NCBI RefSeq assembly: GCF_964204645.1
Contig: NC_134026.1
Location: 16,092,150 to 16,156,149, forward strand
DNA from: Tubulanus polymorphus
Taxonomy: Eukaryota; Animalia; Nemertea
Reading direction: 5' to 3'
DNA: 64,000 bases
Shown: positions 26,132 to 39,111 of the stretch, piece after piece
How positions within the stretch are numbered: position 1 is the first letter of the stretch
Layout: each line of letters opens with the position of its first letter
The notes under the pieces: model-generated
Databases searched by the model: none
What the model was told of the DNA's origin: nothing
The model's input: only the letters and a program-made list of their open reading frames with translations
Position numbers and translations under genes: made by a program

Positions 26132-29100
26132 GAGTGAACAATACACAGAACGAATTGATGTTAATGAAAATAAATATTATTGTACATATTGTAAAAAATA
26201 CATTGATAAATCTAAAAAATCACGTCATGAAAAATCTACAAATCAGATGAAAAATGTAATAGATTTTGAAACTCCAGAAAATTCCAATGAAAGAAAAGAA
26301 CGATTAGATGATATGAAAAAAGATGAAAATTAATGTATTGTTTGTAATGAATTTATAGTAAAAAGGAATTATAAAAGACATCTCGAATCACATAAACACA
26401 AACAAAATTTAAATAAAAATGTTTTAGGATCAGAATATTTTTATGATAAACCTCATCAAGTAGAAAAATCAACTTCAAAAACTAAATCCATTTCAAATAA
26501 ACCTTACATGGAAAATGTTAGAAATTATATCGATTCACTAGAAATAATGGATACAATTGAAATTTTAGAAACATTACATAGTAAAATTGGTCATGCAGCC
26601 ATTATATTTAGATTTTTTAAAGGTACAACAATAGAAGATTATAGTAAATTTATTGAAATCATGGAAAAAATACTAGATTTGGTAACAGATGTTGAATATC
26701 CAAAAATTAGTACTTCTGGGAAAGTAAGTTTTTTAAAGTCAGAAGATAAAATGGATTATGATATTCAAACACATTCTGAAGAAATAATTTCAAAAACGCA
26801 AATAAAAGAGAAGTTAGAAAAAATATTTAATGAATTTAAACGACATATTGAAGAAAGATATTTTGAGGGTTCTAGTTTAACATTGATTGAAATTATATTT
26901 TTAGATTTAAATGTTTATAATACAAAAATGATTAAAACATCAAAAAGTAAAACAATGTTTAAAAATGATTCAAACTTTATATCAGAAAAGGATATTAAAG
27001 CATCAAGTTATATCAAATTACCATTTACAACAAAAGCAGTAATAAATATTCAAAATGAAGATAATAAATGTTTTCTATGGTCAATTATTAGTCGCTTACA
27101 CCCAACTCAGGAAAATGTTTATAGAACAACAAATTACCAGGAATATGAAACAAAATATAAAATTGATCAATATCCAGTAACTATAAAAATAATTCCTAAA
27201 ACAGAAAAAGATAATGATTTAAAAATAAATGTATTCGAATTAATACAATTACCAAAGACAAAAGGTGAAAATATTAAAGATTATACATTAAAGCTTTATA
27301 TTTAACAGAATATTATGATGATGAAAAAGTTATAGATTTGTTATATTACAAAAAAGATGAAAATGAACATTATATGTGGTTAAAACAAATTGATTTATTC
27401 TTTAGAACAGAAAGTGATTTCAACAGTCATCATAAAATTTATCTGTGTAGAAAATGTTTATCTAAAGTTAGAACTGAGAATACATTATTAAAACATAAAG
27501 AATTATGTGATAATAAAGATTTTTACATATTAATAATGCCAACAGAAAAAGATTATAAATTGAAATTTACTAATCATAAATTTAAAAATATTGTTCCATT
27601 TGTAATTTATGGGGATTTTGAATCGTTGAATAAAGAATTTACTAATCAAGATAGAAAAGAAATATATAATAAAAAGCAAATTTTTAAATCAATGGATAAA
27701 GGAAATGAAATAAATGAAGATATAATTCAAGATCCACCAATTATAAACACAATTAAAAAAGTTCATCAAAGAGCTGCTGCTTATGGCATTTATATAAAAT
27801 CAAATTATCCTGAATTATATCAAAATCAATATATTCCTTTTAGAGGTGAAGATGTAGTTAATAATTTTTGTAACAAAATAATTGATTTAGAAAGTGATTT
27901 TGCAAAATTATTAAACAAAAATAAAAGAATAGTTATGACAAAAGAAGATGAAATTGATTTTAATTACTCAACTCATTGTTGTTACTGTGAAAAACGTTTT
28001 CATTCATTTGATAAAAAAGTTAGAGATCATGATCATTTAAATTCAAAATATCGTCGAGCTGCTCATGAAGATTGTAATTTACAAGCTAAGAAAGTTAATT
28101 TCGTACCAATATTATTTCATAATTTATCGGGTTATGATACCCATCTATTTATAAAACAGTTATCAGGAAAATTGGGCACAATTAATCAAGAAATAGAAGA
28201 ATATAATGCTATGAATGGTATAAATGTAAGAAAATATGATTTTAAATTATTAGCTAAGACATCTGAAAATTATATTTAATTTCAATTTGATTGCATTAGA
28301 TTTTTAGATTCTTATAGATTTCTAGCAAGTTCATTAGATAATTTAGCAAAAAGTTTAGTTGATAATGATTTTGTAATAACTCGACATTATTACCCAAATG
28401 AACAAGATTTTAAATTATTGAGATATCAAGGCGCAATTCCTTATTCATTTTATAAAACACATGATGATTTTAATGTAACAGAATTATTAAAAGAACAATT
28501 TTATGATCAATTAAAAGAGGAGTATGTGAAAGATGAAGTGTTTAATAGAACATTAAATATTTGGAATCACTTTAAGATAAAAAATCATGGTGAATTACTA
28601 GATTTGTATTTAAAATCAGATGTTATGATATTGGCTGACATATTTGAAAAATTAATAGAAGTTAATTTGAATCATTTTAATGTTGATCCTTGTTATTGTT
28701 ATTCAAGTCCCGGTTTAACCTGGCAATGCGGTTTAAAATATACAAATGTAGAAATAGATTTATTAAAAGAACCAGACATGGTTTTATTATTTGAAAAATC
28801 AATTAGAGGTGGAATTAGTGGTGTTATGGGAGACATTTTAAAGCAAATGATGAATATAAATTAGTATATATTGACGCCAATTATTTATATGGTTGGGCAA
28901 TGATGCAACCTCAACCATACAATAATTTAATATTAGCAGAAGTTGAAAATTATGATAAAACTGATTGGGAAAGCGCAATTGCGAGTTTAAAAGATGAAGC
29001 ACCAATTGGTTATTTCTTTGTAGTTGATTTGGAATATCCTGATAACATAAGATTTAAAACAAGAAACTTACCTTATTGCCCAGAACATTTAACTGTAGAT

Positions 29101-30692
29101 GATAGTTATTTAGGTGAATACCAGAAGAAAACAAAACCGAAAGATCATGTTTTTACAGAAAAATTGATATTAACACAAAATAATAAATATAATTATATTG
29201 TTCATTATAGGATGTTAAAATTTTATTTAAAACAAGGAATGAAATTAAAGAAAGTACATAGATATATTGAATTTAATCAATCGAAGTGGTTAGAAAAATA
29301 TATAGATTTTAATACACAACAGAGAACCATATCAAAAACAGATTTTGAAAAAGATTTCTTCAAATTAATGAATAATAGTTTTTATGGTAAAACATGTGAA
29401 AATATTAGAAATAGAAGTGATATTGAATTAGTAAATAATTCTGAACGATTGAGACATTTACAATCAAATCCTAGACATTTAGGAAATAAAAGATTTGAAG
29501 ATTATTTAACAGCGGTTAAATTAAAAAGAACGTCAATGAAATTTAATAAACCTATATTCATTGGTTCAACTGTTTTAGAAGTATCAAAATTATTAATGTA
29601 TGATTTTTATTATAATGTTTTACAACCACTTTTTGGGGAAAAGCATATTGAAATATTATATTTTGATTCTGTAACAGCTGACACCCCAATATTATTAAAA
29701 TGTAATAATAAAATATTGGTAAGAAGAATTTCAGAAATAATTCCAAAACAAAATGAATGTTATATTTCATATGATGAAAAAGAATTAATACAAATAAATG
29801 AATTAATGGATGTTTGGACAAGAAATGGATGGAAAATATTAAAGAATATTATTAGGCATAAAACAAATAAGAAAATCTATAGAGTTAGAACTAAATTAGG
29901 GTTTGTAGATGTTACAGAAGATCATAGTTTAATTAAACGAAATGGTGATGAAATAAAACCAACTGATATAAAAATTGGAGATGAATTATTACATAAAAGA
30001 TTTTTCCAAAGAATGAATCATATATCATTTGATGAAATAATTGATAATATGTATAATATAGAATCCGAAACATTAGAAGAAAAAGAATATTTTATCAAAG
30101 GATTTTTTTATGGGAGATGGTTCAGCAGGTGTGTATAATTATGTTAGTGGAACTAAATATTCTTGGTATTTATGACTTGAAATTATTAGAAAGAATTAAG
30201 AAATTCGGTGAAGAAGTTTACTCAAATAAAACATTTAGAATCGTGGATCATATGAAATCATCGGCAGTTTATAGAATACTCGTTAATAACCCTAAAGATT
30301 TTGCAATTAAATATAATGATGAATTCTATATTCATGCAATAGTTAAAAGTAATACTTCAACAAAAGAAAAGATAGTTCCAGATTATGTATTAAATGCAAA
30401 AAATAATTTAAGAAAATGGTTCTTCATTGGATTCTATGCTGCAGATGGTTCAAAAAGTTTCAAAAACCACAAAACAATATCTTTAGCTCTAAAAGGAAAA
30501 GTTGCTATATCAGGATTGAATATATTATGTAATTCATTAGGTTTTAATATGAATATTGGATTGATTAAATCTAAACCAAATTGCTTTAATTTAAGCCATG
30601 TAGAAAATGAGTTAACTGAAGAAGATTTATTCGAAATATATAACCCAACAGATTATGTTTATGATTTATCAACTGAAGATGGCACATTATAA
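26124..30692 (+). pseudogene. polB: Protein-primed family B DNA polymerase with N-terminal C2H2 fingers, EndoVII-like insert and an intein; several stops/frameshifts, 3' truncated
   Basis: CTYCKK..H and CIVCNE..HLESHKH fingers, NKCFLWSII, ExoI YGDFES, DHDHLNSKYRRAAHEDCNL, ExoII FHNLSGYD, ExoIII YLKSDVMILADIF, motif A YIDANYLYGWAM (~28861), motif B KLMNNSFYGK, and motif C YFD interrupted at 29667. Confidence 0.93.
29668..30689 (+). mobile_element. Intein with LAGLIDADG homing endonuclease at PolB motif C (pol-c site); C-terminus deleted
   Basis: Block A SVTADTPILL directly after YFD; block B VDVTEDHSLI (TxxH). LAGLIDADG motifs FIKGFFMGDGS (restored by removing one T at ~30105) and FFIGFYAADGS; block F DYVYDLSTEDGT; terminal HN/TDS missing. 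Confidence 0.9.
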
Positions 30693-31485
30693 AACATAAA
30701 ATCAATATCATCAAACTTGAAATCACTATTGGTTTCTTCTTTTTCATTTAATTGTTTTTGTATAATTTGTTTAGGTTCTTCCATTTCATTTTTCTCATTT
30801 AAATAAAGTTCTATCTTGTACCACATTTCATCTCGATGTTTCTAATATCGATGTTTAAAAAATTTACAATCTTATTTAAAAAGAATAAATAATTAATTGA
30901 ATCTGTTATTCTATTATCCACATAATATTTTGATATGTTTGTGAATGTTTCTTTTATATTTTCCATATCTCCTTCTGTTAATTTAGGTTTTTTATAATAA
31001 TCGTTAAATAATAGATATAAATACATTTTCTTTTCTTGTGTGTTAAATGTTGACGGAATAATTGTTTTTATAATATCTTTTTTAGTTATTTCACCATTTT
31101 TATTTTCTATTATTTTCATTTTCTCAAGCCATTGCTTATATTCTGGTGTATGATTTTCCATAGAAAAGATATTAAATATTTCATCTAGATATTTTAATTT
31201 TGGTTCTATAAGAATATCTCTAGTTTTTTCATCATCCCATAAATTCTTTTGCCATCCACATTCATTACAAAATATCACAGGACCTTCTTGAATTAAATAC
31301 CTATAAATACATTGTGGGCAATTTGTTCTATCATAGCTTGGTAATAGATCATCATTGAGCTCTTGGTATTTTCTTACGTTTTCTTTAAGTTTTATTGTTC
31401 TATTATGTAGATTTAAATTTCTTGTTGTAATGATCAATTTACAATATTTACAATAATATGTTATTTTTACTTATTCATTATATTG

Positions 31486-31632
31486 TGTTTCATCTCATCA
31501 ATCGCAGGAATATAATATTAGAGAGAAATATCCAGTAGAACTTCAAAAACGGAGCCAACTATTAGAGTACGGTTTCAGAATATATTCTCCATAACTGTCT
31601 ACACTAAAACACGGACCGCCAACGACGGAACA
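31486..31632 (-). repeat. BEL 3' LTR (147 bp)
   Basis: Adjacent to the PPT; matches 37626-37769. Confidence 0.95.
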
Positions 31633-31969
31633 TCCTCCCCTTCTGAACCCTTATGGGGTTCACAATTAACTAAACTAAACACACAATCTTAATTACCTAA
31701 ATTAAGCTAATGTAAAGAATCTATTATTGGCATCTTAACTAAATTACTAATTAACTAGTGTATTAAATCGTTTCTCGCAAGATCTTCACGACCTTGCAAG
31801 GAGGGCGCTAGGCTCACCTCCACAATCTATCACTAAATAACTGAACGCGTTAAGCGTATATACATGTACAATGTTTCTCCACGAAAGAACGCACGAACTG
31901 TTTTTATAAATTTACGAACTGTTTATGAATTTAAACGCGGTATTACACTACTAGAGTTTATTATACGAA

Positions 31970-34900
31970 TTACACATAGTCTCTGTCACAGTTCAAATGA
32001 CACAGTTTATTCACCGCGCGAACATATTCCTTTCCCCGACATCGTACACGAGCTACACGAACGAGTTCATCCTCTCCGGGATAAACACCGACGACCTTCG
32101 CAAGTGGCCATCGTCCACGAGGATTTTCTTCGTCTTTCAACATGACGATATCGTTCACCTTCAAGTTCTGTCGCACTCGCACCCACTTGGGGAATGTGTT
32201 CAATGGAGTGAGATATTCCGACGACCACCGTCTCCAAACCTTCTTTACCAGACTTTGCACGTACCGCCATCTATTTCTAGGATTGAACGCTACTTCATCT
32301 GTTATGCTTTGTGCCAAATTACCGCCGACTTGGCCGTGTATGAAGTGATTAGGCGTCAACACTTCTTCATCATCAGGGTCATCAGAAACGTACGTCAATG
32401 GTCTTGAGTTTAACAGACCTTCAGTTTCGACGATTGCAGATAGTAATTCTTCATCAGTTAATTTTGCGTTGCCAAGTATCGATTTCACAGCTTTCTTGGC
32501 TTGTTTGATCATAGACTCAAAAACCCCACCATGATGTGGCGCAGCGGGTGGGTTGAACTTCCACTTGATGCCCTGAGAAGCACCCTTCATTTTGATCTCA
32601 TCTTTATCGAGCATCTGCACCAACTGCCTAAGTTCTTTCTCGCCTGCTGTAAAATTCGTTCCGTTGTCACTGGTCATAACGCTAGGTTTTCCTCTCCTAG
32701 CTACCATTCTGGAAAAGGCTAGAAGAAAACCAGCTGTGTCAAGGGAATATGCCATTTCCAGATGGACAGCCCTTGTCGCCATACATGTAAATAGACACAA
32801 GTATCTCTTTGCAGTGCATCGTCTAGTGATCTTCGTTGTAAACGGACCGCCATAATCCACCGCACAAGAAAAGAAACATCGTAGACTGACCAGCAGACGT
32901 GAACGTGGTAGCGGTGCTACTTTCTGATTTATGCCGAGTTCTTTTCTAGTATGACACAGTTTGCAGTTAATTTTGCAACGTTTTACTTCTTCCCGGCCAT
33001 CTATCACCCAATATTTTTGCCGCAGGTCAGCCAAGACTGCATTTGTACCACGGAAATGACCACCGAATCTGTGTCTGTCTTTAACAAGCAGCCTTGTGAT
33101 CTCATTTTTCTTAGGTAAGATTATTGGGAATCTCGTGTCATACGGCAAATCTGCTTTCTCCAACTCTCAAAATCCCTTCTGTATCCAGTATTGGTAATAA
33201 CTGCCTAAGCTGACTTTTCTTAGGCAAATCTTTACCCTTTGTCAACAAAGTAATCTCTTCACCAAATGCCTCCATCTGACAACACTCGAACAAGTTATTC
33301 TCAGCTTTTTCAAGTTCTTCAACTTCCAATACCACTTTATTTGAATCTTTGGGTTCTACCGTTTTTTTGTTTTTCAATATCTTGTAGTATCGAAACACTA
33401 GAGCTACGACTGCTTTCAACTTCGTAAAACTAGTGAATCATCTGACATCAACTACCAATTGTTGCGGCTTCTCAGCCGTAACAGTCTGAAAGACGGACAG
33501 CATCTTGCCAACTTCATTTTCAGCTTCCAGGCTCAGACCTTTACCGAGGGTTTTCTGTGGCCAAGAATTCTCCCCTTCATACAGGAACCTGGGACCACAA
33601 AACCATCTATGCTTCATGGTCATGTCTTCGACTTTCAGTCCCCGTGTCGCATCATCAGCTGGGTTCTGTTGACCGGGAACATGGTTCCATTGAACAGGCT
33701 TGGTAACTTCTTGGATTCTCGACACCCGATTTGCAACAAACGTCTTATACGTCCTGGATTGTCCATGAATCCACTGTATAACGTCCATACTGTCACTCCA
33801 AAATCGGTGCGATTCAACAGGTATATCTAATGCTTTTGCAACTACTTCAGCTAGCTTAACGCCTACTACAGCCGCCATCAGTTCCAATCGTGGCACACTA
33901 GTACACTTCAGCGGTGCTACTTTTGCTTTCGCACCAACCAGAGCAACCTGAACTTCATTATCTTTGAGTTCATATCGAACATATGCACATGATCCATACG
34001 CCAATGTCGAAGCATCAGTGAACACATGTATTTCTGTAGTTTTTACATCATCAGCTGGTCTCGAACGATAACATCTCGGAATCTGTACTGAATCAATGTT
34101 CTCCAACTCAGCCAACCAATTATTGAAACTCTGTTTAATATCATCTGGTAATGCTTGATCCCAAGTAATACCACGTAACCACGTCTCCTGGAACATCATT
34201 TTTCCTCGTATAACAACTGGTGCCAAATACTGCAGTGGATCAAAGAGTGTGGCAATACAACTCAACAGACTACGCTTTGTCGGGACTCCACTCCTACCGC
34301 AACTAGCCGGAGTTGAGTACGTCAAGTAATCTCCCACTGCAAACCATCGTACACCCAAAGTCTTCATATTTGCATTGTCTTTGTCAACTATCTTCAAGCA
34401 ATCCTCAATATCTCCAAGAGGTAAGCCATCTAAAACAGCCATAACATTACTACACCATCGTCTTACATCAAATCCTGCAGCAGATAATACAGATGATAAC
34501 TCGCTTCTTAGAGTGGTCGCATCCACAACATTCTCCACTGATGTAATTAAATCGTCCATATAGGTTTGCTTGTGAATAACTTCAGACACTCTTGGGTTTT
34601 CTTCACTGCAGTTTACATGATGTCTAAAAACAAACTGTGCCAGAAATGGCGAAGCCTTGTCCCCAAACATCAATCTAGTTGCTTCATAAGTTTCAACTGG
34701 CGAGTGTGTATCATCACGCCATAACAATCGATGGTACCTTCGATCATCTTCAAACATTTGGACCTGAGAAAACATCTCCTTAATATCCCCTACCAATGCC
34801 ACCGGTTTTGTTCGGAACATAATCAATATTTCTACTATGTTATTCTGTAGATTAGGGCCATTCATCATAACATCATTCAAACTCATATTTCCAGTTTTGG

Positions 34901-37214
34901 CAGCAGAATCATGTACAATGCGAACTTTTGTTGTTGTCTTATCTTCACGAACGACTGGGAAGTGTGGTAGAAACCAGCTACTATTTTTCTCTAAATCAAC
35001 ATCTGACACTTTCTGCAAATAACCTTTCTCTACGTTCGCCATAAACACATCTCTGTATCGTCGAGCAAGCTCCTCGTCTTTGAAAAACCGTTTTTCCAGC
35101 ATCATCAGGCGTTTACTAGCATCTTCAAAATTATTCGGTAAATACCTCTTCTCCTCTTTCCAGGGAATTTGGACTTCATATCTATCTCCGACTTTTTTAA
35201 TGGAGGTTTCCGCAATCTCCAATGCAGCCTTCTCTTCAGATGTGTACTTTAGGTCATCCTGATCTTGGAATCCAATTAGATCCTGATCCCAGATCTTTCT
35301 CAAGCAATCATCAGTTCTTATATCGAAGGACCTAACTTCAGTTCTATACGCATGAGTTGTCGTAAAACTCTGGTTTTCACTAAATCCATTTGAAACTTTT
35401 CCAATCACTGTCCAGCCCAGTGGGGTTTTCCGGGCCACTGGACCCCCTACATCACCACGACGTTCTTCAATGGCCGCCATCAATTCTGGTTGATCTGCAC
35501 CTATCAACATGTCTACTTCAGTAGACGGTAGTTTTGGAAATTCAATATCCTTCATATGTCCCCAATCAGCCTGGTGTCGCCTCCAATCAATTGGTTTGAT
35601 ACCCTTACACATAGAGTCCATCACCCATGGTTGAAGCAGTACATCAACCTTCCCATCCAAACTTTTCAGTTTCACACTGACTTTTCGACTTTTCAATTCA
35701 CTCGCACCAGCCAGAGTATTCATTGTTATATGGCGTTCTGACTCCCGTTCCAACTCCATAGCAATTGCTACATCATCAGATATATAGCATGAGTCAGATC
35801 CGTCATCCAGGAAGGCGTTGATGATTATTTCTTGATCTCGAGCGCCAACCAATCTAACCGGCACTATTCTCAAAGCTACTCGCCCCGGAGGACATCTACC
35901 TCTTTGATGTGTTGCATGAGGGTTCACCTCCTGAGGGTTCAGCTCTTCATTTGCATTATGTTTAGATTCCTTAGGGTGATGAAGGTGTGTATGGTGTCGC
36001 TTATTATCCTGACAACCTTCAATTCTGCATCCAGAGAATCTGGTTTCTCTACACTGACCACTTCTATGTCCTTTATTTAGACATTTAAAACACAGACCAT
36101 ACATTTTTGCACGTTCCCATCGATCACCTACAGCCATTTTCGTCCAGTTATCACATTCCGTCAACTTGTGGTTCTTTCCGCATATGTAACAACCTTGTTT
36201 TCTCATAAGACCAGTACTGAAAGACCGTCTTTTTTCTCTGGGAATTCTAGTACTAGACCCTTTTGTTTCTTCAGCTTCAAGTAAATATGCTACCTCTTCT
36301 GCCAGCCAATTCGAAAATTCCTGGAGGTCATCCGATTTTCCAGAACTCTTAACATGACGATGAAAGTCCACCAACATTTTTTCTGGTACTTTCTTTTGAA
36401 CTTGAATATATAAGGCACTGTCAGTTTCGAACTCCACTCCACTCCCTTTCAAGGATAATTTGGTGACCATGTCACATAGTCTATCTGAAAATATTTCCAA
36501 TGCCTTATTATTCCCTTCTGTAATTGAGCTTGTTTCCATTAATCTATCTAAGTGCTGTCTAATGAGACGTTTTTCACCACCGAATTTCAGCTCCAATTTC
36601 TTCAAGGCTGCTTCATATTCTGTTTTTGTGTAACCAAGGTTACCAATGATTTTCAATGCTTTCCCCTTTAAACAGTTTTTTAACATCATCATCTTCGTTT
36701 TTGAGGGTAGCTTTGTGTTCCCTACAAAAACATCAAATTGGTTTCGCCAGTCATGGTAGTATTCCTTTTGACCATCGAATGTAGATAATTCTGGTTTTTT
36801 CAAACCCTGAAAAACATTACGTCGTGGTTTATCATCTTCTGCTTCCGTTGAAGTATCGGAATGACGTTTCTCGTCGCTTTCTTCATCTGAGGTCGATTCT
36901 ACTTGTCGATGTGGTCTTCTTGTCTTGTCCTGGCTCTTGTCAATACCTGCCGGCCTTTTTTCTCGCTGTTCTAAAATCTGTTTAAGGTTGAATATAAAGA
37001 GGGACAATTCTTCTAAATATTCATCAGATTCTAACACAAATTTGTTGTACTCCACTTCATCGATCTCCAGAATAATTTCAGATGTCTCAGTATCTAATTC
37101 TGAGATTGCTTTAAATGCATCAGCTAATTCCCCTAATGCCCATCTGCATTTTTGTAATTCCTTCTCATCTAATTTCTTCTGATCTAACAATTTTTCATCA
37201 ATTTTGGACTTCAC
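31970..37214 (-). pseudogene. BEL/Pao gag-pol polyprotein (gag CCHC, protease, RT, RNase H, integrase); one in-frame stop (33440-33438) and one frameshift (~33160)
   Basis: LCFKCLNKGH, AFLDDGSD, TPLGW, YMDD, FTDAS, VPRLEL, HVPGQQNPADDATRG, VDYGGP, SDNGTNF, WPLAKV. Confidence 0.93.
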
Positions 37215-37625
37215 TCTTGTGATTTTTGCTTTGAGTGGTGTCCTTTTTCGTTTTCTAAGTTCAAAATCTCTTCTCTGTTCAGCGTTATGGTCAATTACGA
37301 AATTTTGTATCTTTCTGGTCGGTATATTCCAATCTCGATCGTCTTCTTTCGGTAATTAGCAATCCATCAAATTTTCATCAGCACCCTGCTTTATTTTTCT
37401 CGAAACTGACTTTTTAAGATTAATACTACAAGCACACAATTTTTCGACAGTATTAATTCGTATTCAAGTCAATTCTGCATCAATAGTTAGATTTTTATCA
37501 ATTCTTCGTTTCATCAGAAATTAACACGACGTCGACTCACGTGTTTTCGCTTAAACATCAAATTTTGGTCATCTGTAGTCATCCAATCATCAAATCTTTA
37601 CATCATCCGCCTCCGAGGGACCATA

Positions 37626-37769
37626 TGTTTCATCTCATCAATCGCAGGAATATAATAGAGAGAAATATCCAGTAGAACTTCAAAAACGGAGCCAACTATT
37701 AGAGTACGGTTTCAGAATATATTCTCCATAACTGTCTACACTAAAACACGGACCGCCAACGACGGAACA
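37626..37769 (-). repeat. BEL 5' LTR (144 bp)
   Basis: Adjacent to the PBS; matches 31486-31632. Confidence 0.95.
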
Positions 37770-38338
37770 TATTGTTTATCTAACTTTTCAACTGTTTCTT
37801 TATTATCTGGTAACGTTTTCTCATATTTTATTTTTTCTAATAAACTATTTTTCTTTCATTGAATTCTGTTACAAATTTATTAGAATTTTTATCTATATGT
37901 ACTTTACGAAATTGATGATTCTCCCAATCTTCTATATTTTCAGGGCTATATTTTATTCGACAATGCTCACAGAAATGATCTTTTATATTATCCTTATCAT
38001 AGAATAAGAAAGGTCTTTTCGAAATAATTTCAGGTTCAGTTTCAACAGAATTACTATTACTTTCGTTACTATCAACATTAACCGTTGTGTCATTAATTTT
38101 ACACTTCTCTGAATGTTTTTTTAACATAATTTCTTGAGAATAATTCATTACAATTTGGGCAGTTTAGTTTAGGGGGTTTATAATTTTTATCGTGTTTTTT
38201 TCATATGTCGAGCCATATTACTTTTTCTTAGAAGTTCACCACAAATTTCACATGCTATCTTCTCATCCATTTATTTAGGAAAAATTTTATTGAAATTAAT
38301 TTTTAGTGATGAGCGGTAATTTCTTTATGTTATAAATA

Positions 38339-39095
38339 ATGGTAGAATTAAAAGAATACAGAATATTTGTTGATTCTAGAAAACTTACAAATTACAAATC
38401 ACATAATTTACTAATACAATTAGATAGAGAATTTAAGAATTGTGTAGATTTGAAATTAGTTTAATGTAAATTTATGTAATTCTTTTCATAATATATCGAA
38501 TAAAAGTCTTGATCATTTAGCTTTTGAAATTCATGTTAGAAATTTGAATAAATGGTTTCATCTTTATCTAAAACCAGGATTATATAATTTAGAAACATTA
38601 GCGCAAGAAATAAATAGAAGAGCTCGTTTAAAAATGGGTGCAGCTGCTAGATTTGAAATTAAATTTATTAAAAGTGATAGTTCGAATAAAGTAAGCATAA
38701 AGTTAACTAATGAACAACATAGATTTCTAGTAAGAAAACCTTTAGCTAAACTGTTTGGAATTCTTCCAGATAGAGATTATTCAAGTATCGAAACTTATAC
38801 AAATTTAATGACTTTTACACACTTTTATATTTATTGCAATTTAATTGATCCTACAAAAACATTTGAAGCAACTAAAGATACAATTTGTAATTCTAGTATA
38901 TTAAATATTATACCATTAAAAAATGTTAAACAATTTGGAACACAAATAAATTATAATTTAGCTGAATGTGATTTTAAACCTTGTATTCCACATTTCAATA
39001 ATTTCAAATTAGAAGTAAGAAATCACAATGGATACTTAATTGATTTGAATAACTTTCCTGTAATTTATGAATTAGTTATAAGATGTAAAGAGTAA
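38339..39095 (+). pseudogene. Minor capsid protein (penton), frameshifted near 38462
   Basis: NSFHNI..LKPGLYNLETLAQEIN...FYIYCNLID...LEVRNHNGYLIDLNNFPVIYELVIR matches the Polinton single jelly-roll penton pattern. Confidence 0.75.
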
Positions 39096-39111
39096 TTTTT
39101 TTGATATATAA

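Larger units (their letters stand above)
31486..37769 (-). mobile_element. BEL/Pao LTR retrotransposon, full length, recent
   Basis: TG...CA LTRs at 31486-31632 and 37626-37769, identical except a 3-bp indel; 5-bp TSD TATTG. PBS TGGTCCCTCG (tRNA-Tyr-like) at ~37623-37608; PPT gaaggggagga at 31643-31633. Confidence 0.96.
30690..38270 (-). pseudogene. Multi-C2H2 zinc finger plus VLTF3/A2-like late transcription factor, split by the LTR retrotransposon (38270-37775 and 31480-~30690)
   Basis: MDEKIACEICGELLRKSNMARHMK, CPNC, CEHC..HQFRKVH and YCKYCK..LHNRT fingers; then a CPQC..CNECG zinc ribbon and LTEGDMENIKETF...SINYLFFLNKIV resembling the VLTF3 C-terminal motif. The reading frame is continuous across the TATTG TSD. 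Confidence 0.65.

Noticed and set aside
31864-37182. Plus-strand ORFs inside the BEL element
   Set aside because: Antisense shadows of gag-pol.
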